Below, piece by piece: positions 7,858 to 14,624 of a stretch of 18,267 bases of DNA (positions are counted from its first letter, which is position 1; every line of letters starts with the position of its first letter). The stretch is from Deltaproteobacteria bacterium (lineage in GTDB: Bacteria; Myxococcota_A; UBA796; UBA9615), in contig JAGSHC010000130.1 in the NCBI GenBank assembly GCA_023954745.1, positions 1 to 18,267 on the forward strand, read 5' to 3'. Under the pieces are notes generated by a model. The model was not told the origin of the DNA, searched no databases, and saw only the letters and a list, made by a program, of their open reading frames with translations. Made by a program: the position numbers and the translations under genes.

Positions 7858-9778
7858 CGCTGTTCGTCTCGTTCGAGCCGGTCGCCTTGTCGATCACCTT
7901 GCCGGCAATGGCCTTGAGGCCGCCGGGGACGTCGAAGTCGCCGTCGAGCATGTCGCCGAACATGTTCTGGAGCACCTCGGACTCGCCGGCCACGGCGTCG
8001 ATGCTCTGCCCGAGGCTCACCGCCTTGATGAACCGCTCGAAGAACTCTCCGTCGCCGCCCACGATCTTGATGTCCGCGGACTCCATCGCCGTGCCGAGCA
8101 CTGCGGCCTGGGCCTCGGCGATCTCCTTGCGCACGTCAAGCGCCTGCTGCTGGAGCTGCTTCATCGTGTCCAGCTTCAGGCGGAACTCCTCGTGCTGCCA
8201 ACCCTGACCCTCGAGGGCCTTCATGGCCTCGGCCTTCTCGTGGATGCCGGCTGCCTCGGCAGCGGCCTTTTCCTTGGCGACCAGGGCCTGGGACAGACCG
8301 AGCTTCTCTTCGCCTTCCGCCTGCGCCGACATCTTCTCGATGGTGACGCGGGCCTCGGCGAGGCCTTCCTTCTCCAGGGCGATGGCGTTGGCCTCCTTGA
8401 CCCGCGCGATGGCGAGACCGGAAGCGGCTTCCTGCGCCTGGGTACCCTCGGCCAGGCGAATCTTCGCCTTCGCCTCGATGTCCGCAGCCTTGAGCTCGGC
8501 CTCGGCGAGCACGACGCGCTCCTTGGCCTGGAACTCCGCCGCCCTCTCCTGGGCCTCGGCAGCCTTGATGCTCATGATGAGCGACTCCTGGGCCGACGCC
8601 TCGGCGTCGATGACCTTCACGTCCGCGTGGCGCTTCGCCTCGGAGTTCACCCGCAGGTCCTTGATGCGCTCCTCCTCCTCGGCCACCGACTTGTCGACGG
8701 CGATGCGGGTGCGGACGACCTCGGCGATCTCCTTCTTCTCCTTCTCGATCGCCTTCTCCTTGTTGATCCGCCCGAGCTCGACCTCGCGCTCGCGGTTGAT
8801 CTCTTCGAGCTGGCGGTCCTTCTCGACCTGCTCGCTCTTGATGGCGACCACGCGCTCGCGGTCCTTGTCGGCCACCTGCACCTGCCGGGTCTTGTTCAGC
8901 TCGGCGACCTCGATGGACTCGTCCGCCTTGATGCGGGCGGCCTCGGCGCGGTTGCGCTCCTCGGAGCGGACCTTCTCGGTCTCGGCGGCTTCGCGAGCGG
9001 CCACCGTGGCGACCTCGCGGTTCTTCTTGGCGAGGGCGTCGGCGTGGCGGCGCTCCTGCTCGAAGACCTTCTCGTCCGCGTCCACCTTGAGGCGGGTGAG
9101 CTCCATGCGCTCCGACTGGCGCCGCTCCTCCGTCTTGATGTTCTGGTCCGTGGTGATCTCCGTGATCTTGCGGATGCCCTGGGCGTCGAGGATGTTCGAC
9201 GGGTCCAGGGAGCTCAGGGGCGTCTGCTCGAGGTAATCGATGGCCGCGTCGTCGAGCACGTACCCGTTCAGGTCGGTGCCGATGACTTCGATGATGCGGT
9301 CCTTGAACTCGTTCCGCATGGTGAAGAGCTGCTCGAACTCGAGCGACTTACCGACGGTCTTGAGCGCCTCGGAGAACTTCGCGACGAAGAGCTCCTCGAG
9401 CACGTCCTGACGGCTCGCACGGTCGCAGCCGAGGGCCTGGGCCACCTTGAGCACGTCGTCCTCGGTCTTGTTGACCCGGACGAAGAAGGTGACCTTGATG
9501 TCGGCGCGGATGTTGTCCTGGCAGATGAGCCCTTCAGCTCCGCGCCGGTCGAGCTCGACCGTCTTGACCGAGATGTCCATGACCTCAGCGCGGTAGATGA
9601 TGGGGAGGACGATGCCGCCCGTGAAGGAGACGACCGGCTCACCCTGCACCTTGTTGATGATGAGGGCTCGACCCTGGTCGACCTTGCGGTAGAAGCGCGT
9701 CACCAGGACCAGGAAGCCCACCACGATCAGCGCGAGGACCAGGATGGCGCCGGCGACGGCGAGTGCGGATTGGGTCAT
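7850..9778 (-). CDS. Flotillin-like SPFH/band-7 protein (YqiK/FloT family)
   Basis: N-terminal TM helix 'LAVAGAILVLALIVVGFLVLV'. SPFH core 'FYRKVDQGRALIINKVQGEPVVSFTGGIVLPIIYRAEVMDISVKTVEL...ICQDNIRADIKVTFFVRV' matches flotillin/YqiK conservation. It is followed by a >300 aa Glu/Ala-rich coiled coil and a C-terminal flotillin-type tail. ATG at 9778 has AAGGGG ~12 nt upstream. Confidence 0.9.
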   Translation of the reverse strand: MTQSALAVAGAILVLALIVVGFLVLVTRFYRKVDQGRALIINKVQGEPVVSFTGGIVLPIIYRAEVMDISVKTVELDRRGAEGLICQDNIRADIKVTFFVRVNKTEDDVLKVAQALGCDRASRQDVLEELFVAKFSEALKTVGKSLEFEQLFTMRNEFKDRIIEVIGTDLNGYVLDDAAIDYLEQTPLSSLDPSNILDAQGIRKITEITTDQNIKTEERRQSERMELTRLKVDADEKVFEQERRHADALAKKNREVATVAAREAAETEKVRSEERNRAEAARIKADESIEVAELNKTRQVQVADKDRERVVAIKSEQVEKDRQLEEINREREVELGRINKEKAIEKEKKEIAEVVRTRIAVDKSVAEEEERIKDLRVNSEAKRHADVKVIDAEASAQESLIMSIKAAEAQERAAEFQAKERVVLAEAELKAADIEAKAKIRLAEGTQAQEAASGLAIARVKEANAIALEKEGLAEARVTIEKMSAQAEGEEKLGLSQALVAKEKAAAEAAGIHEKAEAMKALEGQGWQHEEFRLKLDTMKQLQQQALDVRKEIAEAQAAVLGTAMESADIKIVGGDGEFFERFIKAVSLGQSIDAVAGESEVLQNMFGDMLDGDFDVPGGLKAIAGKVIDKATGSNETNSDA

Positions 9779-9811
9779 TTTCTTCTGTACCCCTTGTTTC
9801 GTTGTGTGTGT

Positions 9812-9833
9812 CGGGCTTCTACGCGGAAGCCCG
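9812..9833 (-). other. Perfect 8-bp stem / 6-nt loop hairpin (CGGGCTTC-tacgcg-GAAGCCCG) in the 68-bp spacer between the YqiJ-like gene and the flotillin gene; adjacent (GT)4-5 microrepeat at 9803-9811
   Basis: Read directly: 9812-9819 is the exact reverse complement of 9826-9833. On the transcribed (minus) strand it is not followed by a U-tract, so it is more likely an intercistronic processing or stability element, or an attenuator, than an intrinsic terminator. Confidence 0.4.
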
Positions 9834-9846
9834 GGTTTCTATTGCC

Positions 9847-10764
9847 TTAGTTGCTCTGCTTTCGGCGCGCTGCGACGCGGGCCCTCACCCGGTCGATGGC
9901 CGCGAGGCGTGCTGCCTGCACGTCCCCCTCGGCTGCCTTGACGTCGAGCTTCTCGACGACAAACGCCTCCCCTTCCCGGTCCCACTGCACAAGCAGCGCC
10001 CGGTCCCCCTTGCTCAGCCCCTGCTCGGAGCGGTCGCGCACCTGCACGATGTTGTGATGGCCCGCCTCGGTGACCTCCGCCTGGCCGAAGGTCTTGGTGA
10101 CCTTGCCGGTGGTGATGGTCACGACGACGCCGATGAACGAGCGGTTGCCCCGTCCTCGTTCCGTGTGGAACAGCCCTCCCAGGGGGCGCACCGCGACCGA
10201 GGCTCCAAGAGTGCCCGCCGTGAAGGCGCTCAGCGCGATGGCGGCGCCGCTCAGAAGCTCCGGCACCGGCAGCAAGGGCGCCACGTGCACCGTCATCAGG
10301 AAGCTGGCGAGCCAGGAGAACAGGACGATGAACGACAAGCTCACCGTCAGGGGGACCGTGGTGAGCTTGAGGGTCGAGAGCATCACTGCGAGCAGACCCG
10401 GGCCGTGCCCGTCTACGTCCGCATCGGCGTCGAGGCCGTCCAACGCTGCATCTCCGGCCCCCTCGAACGCGCCGTCGATGCCGTCCAGCGCCCCGTCGAG
10501 GGCATCCAGCCCGGGGAATCCGTTCCCGTCGAGGGCGTCCAAACCGTCCAGACCGTCTAGACCGTCTAGCGCTCCGTCCAGGGCGCCATCCGCCGCGCCG
10601 TCGAGGCCTCCCTCGAGCGCTCCATCGGCGCCGTCGAGGGCGTCGAGGGCGTCCAGGTCCACCGCGCCGATCACGACGAAGACCCAATAGATCAGGGACA
10701 ACAGCAGGGGCACGGTGAAGATCACCGTCGGCAGGCTCAGAACCGTCGAGACAAAGTCGCCCAT
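9847..10764 (-). CDS. YqiJ/NfeD-like inner-membrane protein with C-terminal OB-fold (flotillin partner), carrying an ~85-aa (A/G)LDG acidic tandem repeat insert
   Basis: N-terminal TM 'LPTVIFTVPLLLSLIYWVFVVIGAV', central TM cluster 'LLAVMLSTLKLTTVPLTVSLSFIVLFSWLASFLMTV...AAIALSAFTAGTLGASV'. C-terminal NfeD-type OB fold 'GVVVTITTGKVTKTFGQAEVTEAGHHNIVQVRDRSEQGLSKGDRALLVQWDREGEAFVV'. ATG at 10764 has GAGGGAG 5 nt upstream. The gene sits immediately upstream of flotillin, as in yqiJ-yqiK / nfeD-flo operons. Confidence 0.75.
   Translation of the reverse strand: MGDFVSTVLSLPTVIFTVPLLLSLIYWVFVVIGAVDLDALDALDGADGALEGGLDGAADGALDGALDGLDGLDGLDALDGNGFPGLDALDGALDGIDGAFEGAGDAALDGLDADADVDGHGPGLLAVMLSTLKLTTVPLTVSLSFIVLFSWLASFLMTVHVAPLLPVPELLSGAAIALSAFTAGTLGASVAVRPLGGLFHTERGRGNRSFIGVVVTITTGKVTKTFGQAEVTEAGHHNIVQVRDRSEQGLSKGDRALLVQWDREGEAFVVEKLDVKAAEGDVQAARLAAIDRVRARVAARRKQSN
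10405..10665 (-). repeat. Imperfect in-frame tandem repeat (9-18 nt units, e.g. gccgtcgagggcgtccag / gaccgtctag) encoding ~25 copies of (A/G)-L-D-G within the YqiJ-like protein
   Basis: The protein segment is 'DLDALDALDGADGALEGGLDGAADGALDGALDGLDGLDGLDALDGNGFPGLDALDGALDGIDGAFEGAGDAALDGLDADADVDG'. The DNA shows the iterated units directly, e.g. 10541-10570 'ccgtccagaccgtctagaccgtctagcgct'. Confidence 0.8.
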
Positions 10765-10986
10765 CCCACTCCCTCGGGCGCGTCGCTTGCGCGGCGCCGC
10801 CCGCTCCTCCGGGGACCGGAGTATCGCCCATCAGCACCGTGCTTGGTAGCTCGCAGGCCCTCGTTCTTACGGGCGGCCGACCAGTTCATTGCTACTGACC
10901 GAACGGTCGAGTTAGGCGTTTTTATCGATCTAGTTCTGGACGTTTTGGTCTCTTTGGGCAATAACTTCCCTCGGAGGCAGAACGAA
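10765..10986. promoter_or_regulatory. Divergent intergenic region between the flotillin operon (-) and the SDR/PYP operon (+); contains an AT-richer stretch (~10910-10970) and the RBS GGAGG (10972-10976) for the ATG at 10987
   Basis: Codon-3 GC collapses in all frames. 'gcgtttttatcgatctagttctggacgttttggtctctttgggcaataactt' is the lowest-GC segment in the window. Both flanking genes start outward from this region. Confidence 0.5.
10897..10908. promoter_or_regulatory. 12-bp inverted repeat GACCG-AA-CGGTC in the divergent promoter region (candidate operator)
   Basis: Read directly: half-sites GACCG and CGGTC are exact reverse complements separated by AA. The site lies ~80 bp upstream of the SDR gene ATG. 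Confidence 0.25.
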
Positions 10987-12459
10987 ATGCGTGTGTTGGT
11001 CACAGGAGCTACTGGATTCGTCGGACGGGCTTTGGCCCTTCGTCTTCTCCGTGGCGGCCACGAGATCGTCGCCTGGACCCGCAACGAAGAGCGTGCGCGG
11101 GACCTCTTGGGACCTTCGGTCCTCCTGGCGAGCGACGCCTCCCCGGGACGCCTCGAAGAGGAGGTTGCCCTCGCCGATGCGGTGGTGAACCTCGCCGGAG
11201 AGAACCTCTTCTCCGGTCGCTGGACCGAAGCCACAAAGCAACGACTGGTGAACTCCCGGGTCGACCTGACCCGGCGGATCTCCACGGCCCTGGCCGCGTC
11301 CCCCCCGCGAGACCGGGTGCTGATCAGCTCGAGCGCGGTGGGTTTCTACGGAGCCCGAGGCGACAGCGAGCTCGACGAGACGTCTGCCCGCGGGGATGGC
11401 TTCCTCGCCGACCTCTGCGTCGCCTGGGAGCAGGCGGCCACCGCGGCTCGCACCGACTCCACCCGTGTCGCAATCCTCCGCACCGGCCTGGTCCTCGGCT
11501 CCGAAGGTGGAGCCCTCGCGCGCATGCTTCCGTTGTTCAGGGCCGGCCTCGGCGGTCGCCTCGGGCACGGTCGTCAGTGGATGTCCTGGATTCACCTGCA
11601 CGACCTCGTCGGTCTCATCATGCGGGCGCTCGATGACACCTCCTTCGAGGGGGTCTTCAACGCGACGGCTCCCGAGCCGGCGACCAACCGGGAGTTCACC
11701 CGCGCCCTCGCCGATGCTTTGGGCCGACCGGCGCTCCTTCCTGCGCCGGGCGTCGCGATGCGACTGGCTCTGGGCGAGGCGGCGGGGGTCCTCTTGACCG
11801 GGCAGCGCGTTCTGCCGCGACGGGGTGCGGCGGCGGGCGTGCGCTTCGCGTACCCGACCCTCTCCGACGCCTTTGCGCAGGTCCTCGATCAAGGCCGAAC
11901 CCCCACCATTCGGCGCGCCGACCGCGGCACGAAGCCCCTCGCGAACCGCCCAGCCGCGCAGTTCGTGCTCGAGCAGGAGACCCGGATCCAGGCCCCCCTG
12001 GTCGAGGTGTTCCCGTTCTTCAGCCGCGCCGCGAACCTCGCGCTGCTGACCCCCACCTGGACGGACTTCCGCATCCTCGAGCACCCCCAGGGCGAGACCC
12101 TGCAGGGCTCGAACATCGTCTACCGCCTCACCCTGTTCGGGGTGCCGATTCGGTGGAAGACCCTCATCGCGCAGTGGGAGCCCGGAGAGCGCTTCGTCGA
12201 CACCCAGCTCCGAGGGCCGTACCGCCTCTGGTGGCACGAGCATCACTTCGCCTCCACGCCCGACGGCGGTGTCCACATGGTGGACCGGGTGTCCTACACG
12301 GTCCCCCTCGGCCCTCTGGGGCGCGTGGCGAACTCCATCCTCGTCGCACCTCTGCTGAAGCGGATCTTCGCCTGGCGAGCCGAGGCAATCACTCTTCGCT
12401 TCAACCCCGACGCCCCCCGCCATGGTCGCTCGGACACCCAGAACCGGAGCGCCGCATGA
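10987..12459 (+). CDS. TIGR01777/YfcH-family NAD-binding epimerase (SDR-like, DUF1731-type) fused to a C-terminal SRPBCC (polyketide-cyclase/START-like) ligand-binding domain
   Basis: The Rossmann motif 'MRVLVTGATGFVGRALA' sits at the extreme N-terminus. 'LRTGLVLGSEGGALARMLPLFRAGLGGRLGHGRQWMSWIHLHDLVGLI' is typical of YfcH-like proteins. The C-terminal ~150 aa 'FVLEQETRIQAPLVEVFPFFSRAANLALLTPTW...RFVDTQLRGPYRLWWHEHHF' is SRPBCC-like. The in-frame upstream TTG at 10843 is rejected because codon-3 GC there is low and the Rossmann loop would not be N-terminal. Confidence 0.8.
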   Translation: MRVLVTGATGFVGRALALRLLRGGHEIVAWTRNEERARDLLGPSVLLASDASPGRLEEEVALADAVVNLAGENLFSGRWTEATKQRLVNSRVDLTRRISTALAASPPRDRVLISSSAVGFYGARGDSELDETSARGDGFLADLCVAWEQAATAARTDSTRVAILRTGLVLGSEGGALARMLPLFRAGLGGRLGHGRQWMSWIHLHDLVGLIMRALDDTSFEGVFNATAPEPATNREFTRALADALGRPALLPAPGVAMRLALGEAAGVLLTGQRVLPRRGAAAGVRFAYPTLSDAFAQVLDQGRTPTIRRADRGTKPLANRPAAQFVLEQETRIQAPLVEVFPFFSRAANLALLTPTWTDFRILEHPQGETLQGSNIVYRLTLFGVPIRWKTLIAQWEPGERFVDTQLRGPYRLWWHEHHFASTPDGGVHMVDRVSYTVPLGPLGRVANSILVAPLLKRIFAWRAEAITLRFNPDAPRHGRSDTQNRSAA

Positions 12460-13415
12460 CCCGTCCAGTCATCGCAGTGAGCGGCTGCATCGCCGGCGAG
12501 TCCGTGCGCTTCGACGGCGGCTTCGGCAAGGACGCGTTCCTGCTGAACCAGGTGGCCCCCTTCGCAGACCTCGTCACGTTCTGTCCCGAGGTGGAGGCAG
12601 GCATGGGGACTCCACGCAACACCATCCGCCTCGTGCGTGCAAGCAGGTCCGAAGAGACTCGAGTCATCCAGAACAAGACCGGTGACGACTGGACCGAGCG
12701 TCTGCGCGCCACGTCGAGAGAGATCGCCGCACGCCTCGCGGCCGCCAACCTCTCCGGAGTCGTGGTCCGTCGAAACTCCCCCACGTGCGGCCTGGAGCGA
12801 GTGCGGATCTACGACTGGAACGCAGTGCCCAGCAAGGAAGGCGTGGGCGTCTTCGTCCAGGCCCTGCGGGAGCGCTTCCCACTGCTGGCCATCGAGGAAG
12901 ACGGACGCCTTCGAGACGCTCGCATTCGCGAGGCGTTCTTCGAGCGGGTCTTCGCCCACGCCCGCCTGCGGGAGCTGCTCGACGCGGGCACCTGGCGCGC
13001 CAGAGACGTCGTCGCCTTTCACAGCCGCGAGAAGCTGCTCCTCCTCTCCCACAGCCCGAAGGTCTACCGGGAGATGGGCCGCCTCGTCGCCCGGGTGGGC
13101 TCCATGGAGCGCGCCCCATTCGCGGCGGCCTACGCCGAGCTCTTCTTGTCCGCCATGGCTGAGCCCGCGACCCCGGGCCGCCAGGTGAACACGCTCCAGC
13201 ACGCGGCGGGGTTCCTCAAGCGGGACAGCCTCCCGGCTGAGAAGGCGCGCCTCGCCAACATCATCTCCGATTACGCCGCGGGCTTGTTGCCCCTTGCTGT
13301 GCCCGTGGCCGTACTGCGCGCCGGGATTGCTCGTACCCAGCCCTCTTGGCTGAGCGCCCAATCCTGGCTCGCCCCCCACCCCAAGCAACTGAGACTGAGG
13401 ACATGGGTTCCATGA
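12456..13415 (+). CDS. DUF523 (TudS-like Fe-S thiouracil desulfidase fold) - DUF1722 (YbgA-like) fusion protein
   Basis: ATG 12456-12458 overlaps the upstream TGA 12457-12459 (ATGA). The N-terminus 'MTRPVIAVSGCIAGESVRFDGG' and 'VVRRNSPTCGLERVRIYD' match the DUF523 conserved Cys motifs. The C-terminal half, rich in 'FFERVFAHARLRELL...LLLLSHSPKVYREMGRLVA', is YbgA/DUF1722-like. Confidence 0.8.
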   Translation: MTRPVIAVSGCIAGESVRFDGGFGKDAFLLNQVAPFADLVTFCPEVEAGMGTPRNTIRLVRASRSEETRVIQNKTGDDWTERLRATSREIAARLAAANLSGVVVRRNSPTCGLERVRIYDWNAVPSKEGVGVFVQALRERFPLLAIEEDGRLRDARIREAFFERVFAHARLRELLDAGTWRARDVVAFHSREKLLLLSHSPKVYREMGRLVARVGSMERAPFAAAYAELFLSAMAEPATPGRQVNTLQHAAGFLKRDSLPAEKARLANIISDYAAGLLPLAVPVAVLRAGIARTQPSWLSAQSWLAPHPKQLRLRTWVP

Positions 13416-14044
13416 CTGAAAACTCCTTGATGACCACCCGCTCTGTCGCCGACCTCCTCGGCGTTGGCGTGAGCTCCGTGAAGCGCTGGACCGACGAGGG
13501 AAAGCTCACCTGTGTGCGGACCGCTGGAGGACATCGTCGCTTCGAGACGGTGGAAGTAGACCGCTTCCGGCGCGAGCAGTTTGCCCAGGACCGCGAGCGC
13601 AAGCCCTACCCGGCGGCGATGCTCGACATTGATGGCTATCGGCTGCCGGCCCCACTGCACGAGCTGACCGCCGCCGAGATCGACGCGCTGCCCTTCGGCG
13701 TGATCCAGCTGGACGATGACGGCATGGTCATCTTCTACAACAAGGCCGAGAGCAAGCTGTCGGGGCGGAGCGTCGAGGACTCGGTGGGACGTTCGTTCTT
13801 CACCGAGGTGGCGCCCTGCACCAACAACAGTCTGCTGCGTGGACGGTTCGAGGACGGCATCGCCATGAAGAACCTCGACTGCACCATCGACTACACGTTC
13901 ACCTATCGCATGCGTCCGACCCCCGTGCGCATGAGGCTGCGACGCGATGGTCCGTCCAAGACCAACTGGCTCATCGTGACTCCGCGAAAGGTCGGGGACC
14001 GAAAGAGCCCCGCAGGATCGCCCGGTCGGTTCGGACGGTCTTGA
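13412..14044 (+). CDS. HTH_17 (excisionase/MerR-type DNA-binding) - photoactive yellow protein (PYP) domain fusion, paralogue 1
   Basis: ATG 13412-13414 overlaps the upstream TGA 13413-13415 (ATGA), with GAGG 11 nt upstream. The HTH is '[34 protein letters not shown]'. The PYP core '[27 protein letters not shown]...[11 protein letters not shown]...DYTFTYRM' aligns with Halorhodospira PYP, with Tyr42, Glu46, Arg52, chromophore Cys69 ('VAPCT'), Phe96 and Tyr98 conserved. Alternative in-frame starts exist at 13403 and 13430. Confidence 0.8.
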   Translation: MTENSLMTTRSVADLLGVGVSSVKRWTDEGKLTCVRTAGGHRRFETVEVDRFRREQFAQDRERKPYPAAMLDIDGYRLPAPLHELTAAEIDALPFGVIQLDDDGMVIFYNKAESKLSGRSVEDSVGRSFFTEVAPCTNNSLLRGRFEDGIAMKNLDCTIDYTFTYRMRPTPVRMRLRRDGPSKTNWLIVTPRKVGDRKSPAGSPGRFGRS

Positions 14045-14622
14045 CCCGCGCGGGGCGGACACCAACACTGCCTCTCGTGAACGACGACCTCATCACCACC
14101 CGCGCCGCGGCAGCCCTCTTGGGCGTCGGTACGACATCCATCAAACGGTGGGCTGACGACGGCACTCTTGTCTGTGTCCGCACTGCCGGGGGCCATCGGA
14201 GGTTCCGTCGGGGGGAGGTGCTTCGGCTCCTCAACTCCTCGGAGGAGGGACCGGGCTCCGAGAGCAAGGCCGACATCCACGAGCGCCTCCCCTCCATGAC
14301 GACGGGGCAGCTCGACACCCTCGACTTCGGAGTCGTCCAATTGGGCGACGATGGCCTGGTCCTGCAGTACAACGCCTTCGAGGAAGAGTTCGCTCACCTC
14401 CGACGTCAAGATGTGGCCGGCCTGAACTTCTTCACTCACGTGGCCCCCTGCACGAACAACAAGCTCCTCTACGGCCGATTCCGAGAAGGAGTCGCACGCG
14501 GGCTCTTCGACTTCACCATGGACTACACCTTCACCTACAAGATGCAGCCCCGGGTGGTGTCGCTCCACGTGTTCCGCCACTCGGGGACGAACACCAACTG
14601 GCTGCTCGTGAGGCCGCGCTAG
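14041..14622 (+). CDS. HTH_17 - photoactive yellow protein (PYP) domain fusion, paralogue 2
   Basis: The HTH '[33 protein letters not shown]' is ~65% identical to paralogue 1. The PYP core '[22 protein letters not shown]...[11 protein letters not shown]...DYTFTYKM' has Tyr42, Glu46 and Cys69 conserved, but Thr50 and Arg52 are replaced (A, L). The start is uncertain: TTG at 14041 overlaps the upstream stop (TTGA), and GTG at 14074 would give an N-terminus colinear with paralogue 1. Confidence 0.7.
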   Translation: MTRAGRTPTLPLVNDDLITTRAAAALLGVGTTSIKRWADDGTLVCVRTAGGHRRFRRGEVLRLLNSSEEGPGSESKADIHERLPSMTTGQLDTLDFGVVQLGDDGLVLQYNAFEEEFAHLRRQDVAGLNFFTHVAPCTNNKLLYGRFREGVARGLFDFTMDYTFTYKMQPRVVSLHVFRHSGTNTNWLLVRPR

Positions 14623-14624
14623 AG

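Noticed and set aside
7835-9850. 671-aa + strand ORF (and a nested 337-aa ORF at 8223..9236) covering the flotillin gene
   Set aside because: It is antisense to a gene with strong SPFH homology. The translations are Leu/Ala/Gly- or Ser/Ala/Arg-rich low complexity, which is what reverse-reading of the Glu/Ala-rich coiled coil produces. There is no independent RBS or motif.
10405-10665. Possibility that the iterated short DNA repeats are a CRISPR array or an intergenic satellite
   Set aside because: The repeats are in frame within a continuous ORF, are degenerate (9-18 nt), have no unique spacers of regular length, and encode a coherent (A/G)LDG peptide repeat. They are a coding low-complexity region.
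9839-10837. 332-aa alternate-frame ORF overlapping the YqiJ-like gene
   Set aside because: It has an extreme Arg/Gly/Pro composition (RRGGPGRPRRPRRRR…). The other frame encodes recognisable TM helices and an NfeD OB fold.
10843-10986. In-frame N-terminal extension (TTG at 10843) of the SDR gene proposed by the ORF track
   Set aside because: Codon-3 GC is low across the extension. A good RBS (GGAGG) precedes the ATG at 10987. The GxxGxxG Rossmann loop must be N-terminal in YfcH-like proteins.
10930-12423. 497-aa minus-strand ORF antisense to the SDR-SRPBCC gene, and 12294..13388 (-) antisense to the DUF523-DUF1722 gene
   Set aside because: The sense-strand ORFs carry clear Rossmann / DUF523 motifs and translational coupling. 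The antisense translations are Arg/Gly-rich without motifs.
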